From the NCBI RefSeq assembly GCF_035594765.1, contig NC_085843.1, positions 51,010,201 to 51,074,200 on the forward strand: 64,000 bases of DNA, in the 5' to 3' direction. This DNA comes from Anolis carolinensis. Its lineage: Eukaryota. The notes beneath the pieces were generated by a model, which saw nothing but the letters and a program-made list of their open reading frames with translations, searched no databases and was not told where the DNA came from. A program made the position numbers and the translations under genes. This document shows positions 39,000-51,725 of the stretch, in pieces. Within the stretch, counting starts at the first letter, position 1, and each line of letters opens with the position of its first letter.

Positions 39000-39928
39000 T
39001 TTTAAAGAATTAAGTATTGTAACTTGTCCAGACAGAAAATAATGACTCAAACATAGGATGGTACTAAAAAAAGTAGATTTGAATTATTAAGTGAAGCTGT
39101 TTTTTAATACAAATTTTATTACGTGCAAAAAGAAAGAAAAAAAAACAGCAAAGGGAGTACAAATAAATGAGATTTTTGTAACATAGAACACTAAAACTAC
39201 TACATCTTAAAAAAACTAAAAATAAGACAAACACATAAAGGTTCCACCTACATATATTAGTATACGGATACTAAACAAACGACCACTGAAACTTATTTAT
39301 GAATCTCACACTCATTGTTGATTTTTAACCTTCATTATCCTACTCTTTTTAGATAATACAGGTGAAACATTTAGCTTTTCCTCTCATGAACATTTAATCC
39401 GGATTTTAAAAAAGTGTTTTATGTCAACAGAACAGCATTATTTTCTTTTAAAAATAAACCTTGTGTCCAACTAAAAACATTTTATCCTAATTTTCCATCA
39501 AAAAAAAAAGAATTGATATGTTAGGAGTAATTTTTAAGTAGAACGAATTGTCATTAGTTGCCACAAAGCCTTACTCACTTTTCCACCACTGGAAACTATT
39601 TTTAAATTGTGTATATCTGTTTTTGCTGATTATTTTATTAAAATACAGTTGAATCCATCCTCTTTCTTTAAAATTAATTGTCTAATGTTCAATGTCCCCT
39701 TTGAATTATTTTAATCGTGTCTCTTCATAAAAACTTCAAAGCATTTGTGTCCACATATTTTCCTTTGTACAAATCAAAACTCTAAAGATGGCAACTTTTG
39801 CAAACAAATGATAAAATGTTCAGCTATGCAAATACAATAAAATCTCAAATATAAATACCTTGAATGCATGTTCAGTTTTCCATGCAATGGTGGCGGTGAC
39901 TGAGACTTATTTAAAAGCATGCTGTCTT

Positions 39929-40620
39929 TAGAATCATAGAATCATAGAATCATAGAATAGTAGAGTTGGAAGAGACCACATGGGCCATCCAGTCCAACCC
40001 CCTGCTAAGAAGCAGGAAATCGCATTCAAAGCACCCCCGACAGATGGCCATCCAGCCTCTGCTTAAAAGCCTCCAAAGAAGGAGCCTCCACCACGGCCCC
40101 GGGGAGAGAGTTCCACTGTCGAACAGCTCTCACAGTGAGGAAGTTCTTCCTGATGTTCAGGTGGAATCTCCTTTCCTGTAGTTTGAAGCCATTGTTCCGT
40201 GTCCTAGTCTGCAGGGCAGCAGAAAACAAGCTTGCTCCCTCCTCCCTATGACTTCCCTTCACGTATTTGTACATGGCTATCATGTCTCCTCTCAGCCTTC
40301 TCTTCTGCAGGCTAAACATGCCCAGCTCTTTAAGCCGCTCCTCATAGGGCTTGTTCTCCAGACCCTTAATCATTTTAGTCGCCCTCCTCTGGACGCTTTC
40401 CAGCTTGTCAACATCTCCCTTCAACTGTGGTGCCCAAAATTGGACACAGTATTCCAGGTGTGGTCTGACCAGGGCAGAATAGAGGGGGAGCATAACTTCC
40501 CTGGATCTGGACGCTATTCCCCTATTGATGCAGGCCAGAATCCCATTGGCTTTTTTAGCAGCCGCATCACATTGTTGGCTCATGTTTAACTTGTTGTCCA
40601 CAAGGACTCCAAGGTCTTTT
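39929..40620 (-). mobile_element. Young 5'-truncated CR1 LINE
   Basis: Uninterrupted 191-aa ORF2 C-terminus ([13 protein letters not shown]); (ATTCTATG)n tail. Confidence 0.93.
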
Positions 40621-41564
40621 AGATCTCATTGCTTAGATCTCATACTAAGAGAAAGGTGGGGTATTGAGAAGTAATTTAACGCATGCTTCCAAAATGTGTA
40701 TATTTTCTAAAGGCATGCTTACAACTATGCCCAAATTTTCACATGTACTTAAAACATGCAGAAATTGACATGGAACTGGAGAAAATGTACTTGAATAGCG
40801 AGAAAATAATTGAACCAAAATTGACATAAGTATGAAGCCTGTAAGACAAACATCCTCACCATGCTCCCTTCAGGTGAGATGTTTATAGAGCAGAATCCAA
40901 TAATATTGTATTGAAGCTAGCAAAATTTTAAATCCATCTGCATTTATGGTAGTATGTGCATGACGCTGCTCTGTTTTGTTGCGTTCATGCGCAGTCTTGA
41001 TGGGACTTGCCATATGCCATCACACAAAGCACGGCAGGTTCTGCCCACCTTCCCCCCCCCCCCCCCCCCCGTAGTGAGGAAAGCATAATGTGGGTAGCTC
41101 CGATGGGGCTAACTGCACTTTTGGCCCCAAAAGCCGATATAATGGAAGAAAGGTCAGAGAGGCAATACACGTTGCCACCCTTTCTGCCATGGGATGAGGG
41201 GTGGGAAAGAGTTCCAACGCACCCTTTCCTGCCCTCCATGTGTAATGAGGGGAGGAGGGAGGGCTCGTGGTTTACCACAAGTTGCCCCACGCATCTTCCT
41301 TTTTGTCGTCGAAAGCCGGTGAGATAGAACAGTGCAGCTGGGTCATGTGACAAGGCTCTGGGTAGTTGAAACAATTTGCTTTTGATAGTTGTTGAAACAA
41401 TACGCTTTATTGAGAAAATAATACAAAAGCAAGAACTAAACAAGCATGAGGTGGTAGTATGGAATGGATGGTCCCTGTGGCCTCCAACGCCTTGATTCTA
41501 TTCTGTTCTAGGACACCTATATCATATATCAGTAAAAGAACCAGATGATTTATTCATTAAGTTT

Positions 41565-41732
41565 GGCCCCATCTATACTGATCATTTAATGCAGTTAGAA
41601 GCTAACTGTAAACTGCAAAAAAGCGTGCGAAAAAATACCTTAATCCCTTTGCATCAATGCTCTGTGTATTGTGTAATCACTTTCTTCAATAGTGGTTTGC
41701 AACTGTATTAAATGGTCACTGCAGATGGGGTC
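41565..41732. mobile_element. Short Harbinger-like MITE
   Basis: About 32-bp imperfect TIRs (ggccccatctatactgatcatttaatgcagtt and its inverse). Confidence 0.7.
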
Positions 41733-43087
41733 TAAATCTGTGAGCTTTAGCTTGTCCAAGCCCTGGAAAGACTCAGCATCATTTAAAATAACACTGCAAC
41801 ATTGAACATAAAACATATTTTAAATAATTGTGCCCATTGTTTTCAAATCATACTGCTGACTTGTTCATCTATTGATTTCATGAGGATGGCATGGTTTGTA
41901 ACAATTGCATAAGTGCTTTCCGGAAGAGAAATAAATCAGCCAATAATAAAAAGGTCTTCCATAATGTGCAGTGCTGTTTATATTTGTTGTTCTTTTTTTA
42001 ATAGCATTGCTTCTAACTCTTTTTGATTATATTGATAGTTTAGTTAGGTTTTTATGTTTTGTATGATGTGTGTTTTTCACCTCTGTCTCTGTTTTAATTA
42101 TTGTGAGCCACTTTGACTCCCAGACTAAGAAAAAAGTTGGGATATTATTATACGTTACAGTTTGCTGAGCGGGGGATATGAAGCTGTCCTAATATTTTAA
42201 ATGGCTGCCAAGTTTCTGTTAATGTTTGGTAAGAGGAAAGAGAAAAAGAAAACTAGTACGGAAGCAATGCTATATCAGATATGAATAAAATGCTAAAGTT
42301 TCAGTTTCGACTTTTTGGGATTTCTAATCTTAGTAGCTCCGATTTAGCCCTGCTGGTTTTGCAATGTGAGTGTCCCTAAATTATACATGAGTAAGTAGTG
42401 GTTATGTATTTCGAAATTATTTTTCTCAGAAGATACATTTATGTAACACAGATTTATGATTCACTTGGATAGGTGGTTTGCTCCTGCTGTGAATTACTGG
42501 AATGAATTTTACTAAAACACAGCTACTTGAAAGCAAGTTTATTTTATGTTATCCAATAGAATGTGGACAAATGTACAGTACATTTTTCTTGGAAAATGCA
42601 CAGAAGTTGTTACTTGCTTTCAGCTGTTACTTGCTTTCTCTAAATCTCTTGGAATTGTTCATTTTAATGCTATGTGATATTATTATTATAATGGTGCTTG
42701 CTTGCTTTTAGATGGTTCTATTCAATGTATTCACCTGAATTCTAGGGCAAAATGTATGAAATTACAAAATTTAATGAAATCTTAATACAACTTCAGACAA
42801 CAATATAGCAAAACAAGATGTCTACTCACAATAATAATATTAATAATGATAACTTTATTCTTATATTTCATCTCATCTCCCCAAAGGGACTCGGGGTGGC
42901 TTACATGGGGATCAAACCCTAAAAACATGATACATAACATAAAATTACATTCCAAAATTAATACATAAAATATATAAAAACATCAAACATCATAATTCAA
43001 TAATCCAACAACTGACCAGTGTCGTGGACATATTCAGAGTTGGAGCGAGGGATCAAATCCATATATAATAGGAATAAAGGTGATTGG

Positions 43088-43947
43088 TGTCAGGACCCAG
43101 GCTGCAGAGCACCAATAACCATGCGCAAAGGCCAGAATCTATCTAATATCTTTATTAAAGGAATATATAAGGTTAATAAAAACAGGTGAAGAATAAAGTT
43201 CAGAAGTAGACCTTTCAGGAAAGGTCAATTATAGTCCAGGAAAACAATGTCCAATATGAGATATTAAAGTCCAAAGTTATAATCCAATAACCGAAACACA
43301 CACCTTGCCAAGCAAAGCGTGGGGAAATGACAGGGTTCTTTTAGTCCAATGGAGCTTGACAACAAAGACTGGAAGCAAACTAGATGCTTGGCAAACAAGG
43401 CTTGATACGTGGCAACAAGAGGCAAGAAGCAAGAACGAGGTCCGTGGCAAGATCCGAGGACAAGGCAGGCTTGAAACTGGAACAAGGTCCGAGGGAACTG
43501 GAGTAGCGTAGTCCACACACAATCTACTCCCGAAGCTGCCGAATTGACTCCGCAAGGATTTCTTTGTGGCAAACACCTATATAGGATCTTGTTTTCCCGC
43601 CAAGGAACACTTTCCCTGGGGAACAAGAAACGAAACCCATACTGTGTCCAGATGCATGACTCCTTAAAGTTTCCCAAGGGAAGCAGACTTAATCAGCTAA
43701 TTGTCTGGCAGCTATCCTGGCGCTCCGGCGAATCGCCTCCCGAGCGCCTCTATCTTGATTATAATAATCCCGGCGAGAAAATGGGGGAGATTTCTGCTCA
43801 AGGCTTGTTTGGCTGACTTCTTGTGGGCAAACATCTTGCAGGTGCAAGGGCTCCAATTCTGGCTGAAACGGTGGGAAACCCAAGTTTTCCTCTTCATCTG
43901 CCTCAATAGTACCAGGAACGGGACTACATGGCCCATGAGTCATCACA
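43088..43947 (-). mobile_element. Solo LTR (860 bp), diverged subfamily of the 11403 element
   Basis: TG...CA ends homologous to the 11403 LTR; 5-bp TSD ATTGG at 43083-43087 and 43948-43952. Confidence 0.95.
43689..43946 (-). CDS. U3-embedded ORF (85 aa) homologous to the Pol C-terminal tail
   Basis: MTHGPCSPVP...DEEENLGFPPFQPE...KSPPFSRR.YY...RRSARIAA aligns to the last 92 aa of Pol; probably not expressed from a solo LTR. Confidence 0.6.
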   Translation of the reverse strand: MMTHGPCSPVPGTIEADEEENLGFPPFQPELEPLHLQDVCPQEVSQTSLEQKSPPFSRRDYYNQDRGAREAIRRSARIAARQLAD

Positions 43948-45188
43948 ATTGGTAAGAAGAGGCATAAATCAGTGCAAAGCTATAGGTAAGGTGCTGATTT
44001 AATTGAAAGCACATTGAAATAGCCAGGTTTTCAACTTTTTCCGGAAAGAGTCTAATGTGGGGATTAATCTTTTTTTGGGGGGGGGGGGTGGTCCAGAGCC
44101 GGGGGGGGGGCACCTCTGAGAAGGCCCATTTCCTTGTCCCCGCCAATCATGTTTGAGATGGTGGCGGGAGTGAGAGAAGGGCCTCTCCAGAAGATCTTAA
44201 CGCTCGTGCAGGTACATAGCAAAAGATGTGATCATGAAGATAGGCTGGACCCGAACAAACATGATTTTAATCAGCTAAAAATACAGTAAACCCTTTCCTC
44301 CTTTTACTGGCTTACATGTCATTTAGGAAGAAAGATTGAAAATACCTGAGTTTCATCCCAAGCAATACTATGAAATACTTGAATAAAGTGATTTATGGGG
44401 TATTTTTGGACTACAGAGAGAATTTTAGTTTGAATTAGGATTGTGTTTGGGATCAGGGTCAAGGTCAGAGTTAAATATTAAGGTATGATTAAGGTACAAA
44501 AGTACCCTTCTTCTATTGCCTGACCTCAATGAAAATTCCAATGTGCCCCCACACATTAAATAAGGTCAGATGTCTGACAACCATAGCAATGCACCTGCTG
44601 TCTTGTATCATGGATTTCTGACAGACAGCAAGGGACATATTTTTTCCTCCCCAATACTTAAAAAATACTTTAGCCAGGGCAGAACATACGTTGAGGCCCC
44701 CTGTGTGTCCATGGTTCCATCTGTTTATATGCCTCATCAGCTGTTTTGGGATTTTAAAATGAGGAGAAATACTGGAGTAGTCTATACCAGCATACCACAA
44801 GGAAATCTTGGATTTTTCCAGAGCATCAGGATATCCAGTGCTCTGTCCTCGCTACTTCCTACTGTCTCTTAAGTTATTATTTGTTCTCCCACTTTCAACG
44901 TACTATATTCACATGAAAAAAATAAAAACTATTATAAAAAAAGGATAGCCAGTGCTCTGTAGCAGCTTATTTTTCGCCCAATATTGGATTTTATTTTAAC
45001 CTTTTTATCATGTGTTTTTCATGCAGTCCCATGATCAAGCGTGCATTTTCAATCTGAGTTTTCTACCCCCCCCCCTCCAACCCCACTTTCTTTTGAGTTT
45101 TGAGGCCTGTGTAAATAGGGCCTTAGACTGAGGGGAATTGTAGCCCAACATGTAGATCCATCATTCCCCATTCCAATGTATAGTAGTT

Positions 45189-45512
45189 AAGGTAAAAGTT
45201 TTCCCCTGACATTAAGTCTAGTCATGACAACTCTTGGGGTTGGTGCTCATCTTCATTTCTAAGCCAAAGAGCTGGTGTTGTCCATAGACACCTCTAAGGT
45301 CATGTGGCTGGCATGACTGCATGGAGCGCTGTTACCTTCCCGCCAGAGCGGTACCTATTGATCTACTCCTATTTGCATGTTTTCAAACTGCTAGGTTGGC
45401 AAAAGCTGGGGCTATCAGCGGGAGCTCAATCTGCTCCCCGGATTCAAACTGCCAAGCTTTCAGTCAGCAAGTTCAGCAGCTCAACGATTTAAGCCACTGC
45501 ATCACTGGGGGT
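45189..45512 (-). mobile_element. Sauria SINE
   Basis: Reverse complement of the 28689 family. Confidence 0.88.
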
Positions 45513-46111
45513 TCCATTTCCCATATATAGGACTGGTAAAAAAATAAACTTTTTAGGCTGCCATTTTACTAGTTTAACTGAAATGTATGGAACTTCATTC
45601 TGAGATGTATCAACAACTGCATTATTACTGTCTGCAGACATGTTGACTGTTTGGAATAAAAAAGCACAGTGAGACTGAAGATTAAGATGCAAGGTTAATG
45701 TCAGACTGAACCACTGAGTTCATGTATCAGTGTGCTCTTTTCCTTTTCAATGAATCATCCTTCAGTTGAGCCTCTGTTTAGAGTTATTAGACAATCCTTA
45801 ATTAGTTCCAGGATGGAATTGAGATGAACTAACAAGGGCTTCCATTAAAACACTGACAGCTGTTACAAGCTTGTCATAAAGAATAATTGTAGTGAGCAAA
45901 GTATATTTTGAAAATGCTATAGTATAAGTTTCGGAAGTAAGCGACTTGTACAGCATCATTGAAGCACAGATGTTTGGTAAACACTGTTTTCAGATAGCTA
46001 GGGTTGTCTGAATGCAGGCTCATGCTCATAATTCCCAATCATAAATGTCACCATATTCATAGGATTGTGAGCTCACAGTCACAAAAAGGAGAGAGAAAAA
46101 AGTGGGTCAGA

Positions 46112-46632
46112 GCACTTGATGAACCAACCTGGACACAGTATATTATTTGAGAACACAGAAATGCTTGACCACTCCAACAACTATCATGTCAGACTACACA
46201 GAGAAGCCATTGAAATTCACAAGCATGTGGACAACTTCAACAGAAAAGAGGAAACCATGAAAATGGACAAAATCTGGCTACCAGTATTAAAAAACTCAAA
46301 AATTAGAACAGCAAATAAGAAGCAACACTCTGAAAACAGAAAAGTTCCAAGAGCAGCTAATGACTCTGGATGCCCCCAGGCAGAAATAGCCAGGAGATGA
46401 ACCTTTCCTATGCTAATGAAGGTGATTAACTGCAACATTCACACTGGCTTTCCAACTGACAAAGAGTTTTTCTCTCACTCTGGACTTTCCACAGATATAT
46501 ATATAAACCCTCCTTGCTTCGTTTCTCCATACCTCACAACCTCTGAGGATGCCTGCCATAGATGTGGGCGAAACGTCAGGAGAGAATACTTCTGGAACAT
46601 GGCCATACAGCCCAGAAAACATACAACAACCC
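46112..46632 (+). mobile_element. Penelope-like element 3' fragment (end of GIY-YIG region plus pLTR)
   Basis: VRLHREAIEIHKHVDNFNRKEE; flanking 9-bp repeat TGGGTCAGA at 46103-46111 and 46633-46641. Confidence 0.88.
46540..46580 (+). ncRNA. Minimal type I hammerhead ribozyme in the Penelope pLTR
   Basis: cct-CTGAGGA-t-gcctgc...gtgggc-GAAA-cg-TC-agg: CUGANGA, stem II, GAAA, palindromic ACGT stem III and a GUC site. Confidence 0.8.
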
Positions 46633-48329
46633 TGGGTCAGAAAATTTCTGATAGCTTTTGTGGAATGTTTTTTTTTTTTAAAAAGATGTAGCAGCAGCCA
46701 GATCCTTCTACTTTGAAACTTTTCAGTTAACTTTCAGACAGTTGATCCTTTACTTTCCCATAATTTTGATGCTTCTCCAAAAATGGGTATCTTATTATAT
46801 AATTCGTCTGAGGAAGGACAGAATATGTAATCTTTCTTTTTTCTGATAGACTTTGCAGTGTATTAAAAATATCACATCTTGTAATGTTACTTCTTGTGGA
46901 TTACAACTGCCATCACCCACCAGTCTACATGGTCAGTAGCCATGCTGACAGGGCAATTCTGGTAATTGTTGTACAAAAGGTAACATTTTCAAGGTAATCG
47001 CATCAGATTTTATGGAAGTATACAAATAATTTGTAACAGACAGCTAGGGTATGTTTGTCGGTTCATCAATAAATCCTGATAAATATTAGTTGCTTTGCAC
47101 AGAAGGTAACTAGACTTTAACTGAATAGAAATTACTCCAATAAAAACATCATTTTTTTTTAAAGTAGACAAAGCAAAGTCTGGCATGCAGTGTTGGGTTC
47201 ATTGGTTGCCTACTATAAGGTTAAGCTCTGATGCAATCAGTTCAAGTTGCTGTTCTTTGGCACCGTGTTTCATTCTTAATGAAGGAAAGAAGAATATATG
47301 GTAATGCTGGGTGTGAATGAAAGAAACTATGTCATGAATAATGTGGATGAAAAATTTCCCTGTAGTTGTGCTAGATATTTGGGCCTTTTGTACTATTAAT
47401 CCTGATGTCATGTCTACTTTGTTTGAGATGGTTTATATAGAAATTGGATTTGTTTTTGTAGAATGGGGGCACATCTGCATTTACCACTTAGGTCTTTGTG
47501 AAAATGGCAGAGAAGAAAGTGATTTCACTGTGCAGATGATTACATGTGAAGTCCTAGAATCATTTAGAGACATGGATGAGTTTATAAGGACTGCGGAGGG
47601 TGGCCTTGTACAGGTTTCAGTATCTGCAGAATCTGACATGACACCTTCCCCAGCCTTGTGCAGATTGCCAGAGCCCCTGTCCTTTAATCGGTTTTGCCAT
47701 GCAATGTGTTTGGGTTTTTTTTACATTTAAGCATACTGATGTGCCCTATAGTTTCTATTTCAGAGTATCTAACTTTTTATTTCATTTATTTATTTCTTTA
47801 TTATTCAAACTTATATGCCACCACTCCCCTAGGGCTCCACCACTCCCCTAGGGCTTTACTTACCATTCTTCAAAACCCTTATTAAGTATTGCTGTTTGCA
47901 TTCACTGTGTGTATCATAAACACCATGCTGTCCAGCTGCTTTCAGACATGTGCTCTGGGTCTCAGAATAAATGCAAAAAAGGGAGTAGTGGAGATGAATG
48001 GCCATCTTCCCTAGATTTTAGTTAATACTTAGTGTACAACTTGGAGTCTTCCAGATGATTTTGGACTCATAGAAGCCCTAGCTAGCAAAGTACGTGGTGA
48101 AGAATGTTGGAAATTGAAGTTTATCAATATCTGTCCCAGCATTATGCAGTAAATAAAATTGTCACCAGACATATCATGCATCATGGGACTATGGAATATG
48201 GAAAGTCCAGGGATATCAGCACTGACCATGACACAATAAGATTATGCATGTGACATGATTACATCTTTTGCCAAGAGATAGGAAACATGTATTAAGATGG
48301 ACTACAAACATCTTCAAGCTTTAAAACCT

Positions 48330-50841
48330 CCGCAGGGGTGGTGGACCTATTAAGATGGTCCGCCCCAGGAGACTTATGGATCCTGAGGGATTCCTGAGGT
48401 CTCTTGGGGATCTGTCTGCCATGGAAGCTGACGATCCTGTTGATGCCTTGGTCGCTCGCTATAATAGTGAGTTGTCCAGGGCAATAGACACGATCGCTCC
48501 CGAACGTCTCCTCTCGCTACGTTGAATTGCCCCAGTTCCCTGGTTCACCGGGGAGCTGGCGGAGATGAAACGCGTGAAATGGAGACTAGAGTGCCGCTGG
48601 TGGACAACTCGTGATGTATCTGACCGAGCACGGTCTAGAGCCACTATTAGGGCCTATTCCGCGGCGTTGCGGGCAGCCAGGAAGGCTTTCTCGACTGCCC
48701 GCATCGCGTCTGCAACAAATAGATCCTCAGAGTTGTTTCGGGTTGTTGGGGAGCTCCTCCACCCTCCTCAGGCTGGGGGGGGCACCTGACATCCTGGCAA
48801 CTCGGTGTAGCGAGTTTGCTCACCATTTTGCAGACAAAGTCGCTCAGATTCGTTCTGACTTAGATGCTGGCCTTGTTGCAATGCCAGGTGAGGTAACCGA
48901 GGCTTCTGTCTGTTCGATCTTGTGGGATTCGTTTCAGCTTGTGCAGCCTGATGATGTGGACAAGATTCTTGGAGCGGTGAGGGCGACCACCTGTGCCCTT
49001 GACCCTTGCCCATCTAGGCTTTTAAAACAGGCCAGTGGTGGGTTGGTTGATTGGTTTTTGAGAATAATTAATGCCTCTTTGGGGCAGGGTAGATTTCCAT
49101 CTTGCCTAAAACAAGCGGTTGTGAGACCTGTCTTGAAGAAGGCCTCCCTAGATTCGACCAACTTGTGTAACTACAGACCAATCTCCAACCTTCCATTTTT
49201 GGGCAAGGTCTTGGAGCGGGTGGTTGCCTCTCAGCTCCAGGGATTCTTGGATGATACGGATTTTCTGGACCAATCACAGTCTGGCTTCAGGCCTGGTTTC
49301 AGTACCGAGACGGCTTTGGTCGCCTTGGTGGATGACCTCCGCAGGGAACTGGACAGGGGGAGTGTGACCCTGCTGGTTCTCTTGGACATCTCAGCGGCTT
49401 TCGATACCATCGACCATGGTATCCTTCTGGGACGTCTCTCTGGGATGGGCCTTGGGGGTGCTGTTTTGCAGTGGCTTCAGTCCTTCCTGGAGGGGCCTTC
49501 CCAGATGGTGAAGCTGGGGGACATCTGCTTGGACCCCTGGCCATTGTCCTGTGGGGTCCCGCAAGGTTCTATTCTGTCCCCCATGCTTTTCAATATCTAC
49601 ATGAAACCGCTGGGCGAGGTCATCCGGGGTTTTGGAGTTCGGTGCCATCTCTACACGGATGACGCCCAACTCTATTACTCTTTTCCACCAAAATCCAAGG
49701 AAGCCCCTCGGATACTGGATCAGTGTCTGGCCGCTGTGTTGGCCTGGATGAGGGCGAACAAGCTGAGACTTAATCCTGATAAGACAGAGGTCCTCCAGGT
49801 CAGTCGCAAATCTGATCGGGGTATTGGGTGGCAACCTGTGCTTGACAGGGTCGCACTCCCCCTGAAGGCGCAGGTCCGTAGCTTGGGGGTCCTCCTGGAT
49901 TCGGGGCTGACTCTTGAGGCTCAGGTGTCAGCCGTGGCCGGGAGGGCCTTTGCACAATTAAAACTTGTGCACCAGCTGCGACCATACCTCAAGAAGTCTG
50001 ATCTGACCATGGTGGTCCATGCCTTAGTTACCTCTAGACTGGACTATTGCAATGCGCTCTACGTGGGGCTGCCTTTGAAGACGGCTCAGAAATTGCAACT
50101 AGTACAACGCTCGGCAGCCAGGTTTCTAACTGGAGCAAATTACAGGGCACGTTCAACGCCTCTGTTTAAGGAGCTCCACTGGCTGCCATTTACCTTCCGA
50201 GCCCAATTCAAGGTGCAGGTTCTTACCTACAAAGCCCTAAACGGTTTGGGACCCGCCTACCTTAGAGACCGCATTTCCCCCTACGAACCCACACGATCTC
50301 TTCGCTCGTCGGGGGAGGCCCTTCTCTCGCTTCCACCACCCTTGCAAGCGCGGTTGGTGGGGACAAGAGAGATGGGCCTTCTCTGTCGTGGCCCCCCCCA
50401 GCTTTGGAATTTGCTCCCTAGGGAGATTAGGCTGGCCCCCACCCTCCTCTCCTTCCGGAAGAACCTGAAAACCTGGCTTTTCCGGAAAGCCTTTGATGAG
50501 TGAATTCTGTTGGTTCAAGCTGTCTGCCTACATAATAATAGACCCACTGATTCGCCTTCTTATTGTCATTATTGTCATTTCTAGTACTTTAATGACTATG
50601 TCAATTACGTAACTACCTCCCCCTGATTTGACACATTCGCCCTTTGGCCTAGACTTGTGTTTTATATCTGTTTTTAACGCTTTTTCCTGCAATATTGTTT
50701 TTATGATGGTTTTACTGATATTGTTGATTTATTGTTGTAAATTTATGTGTTTTGATTTGTTTTTATATTGTGATGTTGGGCAAGGCCCCCTGTGAGCCGC
50801 CCCGAGTCCCTACGGGGAGATGGGGGGGATAGAAGAATAAA

Positions 50842-50889
<48 letters not shown>
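48330..50889 (+). mobile_element. 5'-truncated L2 LINE with long RT ORF remnant (48611-50503) and (ATT)n tail
   Basis: NYRPISNLPFLGK, QSGFRPGFSTET, LLDISAAFDTIDH, GVPQGSILSP, YTDD, TSRLDYCN; frameshift near 48780; tail at about 50842-50889. Confidence 0.93.
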
Positions 50890-51725
50890 GCAGTCATGTT
50901 TTTCTGGCTTAGTTTGTGACACAACAGAATTTGAAATATACAATAATCTGTAAACTTCTAAATAAACATTAAAATTTTGCGTGTTTTTTCTTTCTTAAAT
51001 GATTTAATCTAATGTACATTTGTTTTAACAGATGCATTTATTTTTAGTTTATTCCTGCTGTACTGTTTTGAGGGGCAATTTTTATAAGCTACCTAGGAAA
51101 TGTTCTAGATGTTGCTTGTTTTTTTTCTTTAAAGAGAAGTCATAAGCTGATTTTATCAAGCAATAATTATTTTAAAGACAACAACTTTATTTTGGGAAAT
51201 TCAAAGTTTTGTTATTGTGTATTGTGCTTAAATAAAAGGAAAACACTCAAACCCCATTTTCTAAACACTTTCAATGTTTTAAAGTCAACATTTTAGACGT
51301 TGACTTTAAAATTAAAGTCAAAATCTGAAACATAGTTTTATTAATATGTTAAATATAAATATCAGAGAAAAGGGTCTGTCTATTTTACATTTATATTCAT
51401 TATCAAATGTACTTATTTCAGAGGGATTCACACCACCCCACATAATGCTTTAGACTGCAATTCTATACATAGATATTTGTAATGCATCTTATTGAACTTG
51501 ACCTCCTTCTGAGTAGACACATTTCTCCTTTGTGGTCTCTGTGAAATGTGCATATATGGTAGTTGATGCACCTGTGCAGCAACTATCATATGTGCGTATT
51601 TCATAGATGACCACTCAAAGAAATATGGTTACAGGTAAGCAACCATCATATTTTATTATATTGTCAAAGTTCACTTTGTGCATAAAAGCTAAATGGGTGG
51701 TGGAGCCAAAATTTGACATTTTTAT

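Larger units (their letters stand above)
42829..44255 (-). mobile_element. L2 LINE 3' fragment interrupted by a solo LTR
   Basis: (ATT)-like tail and L2 terminus at 42829-42905; ORF2-end similarity resumes at about 43990-44255. Confidence 0.7.

Noticed and set aside
47818-47855. 19-bp tandem duplication (similar short duplications near 7528-7565 and 18098-18137)
   Set aside because: Two-copy local slippage duplications with no spacers or array structure; not CRISPR-like
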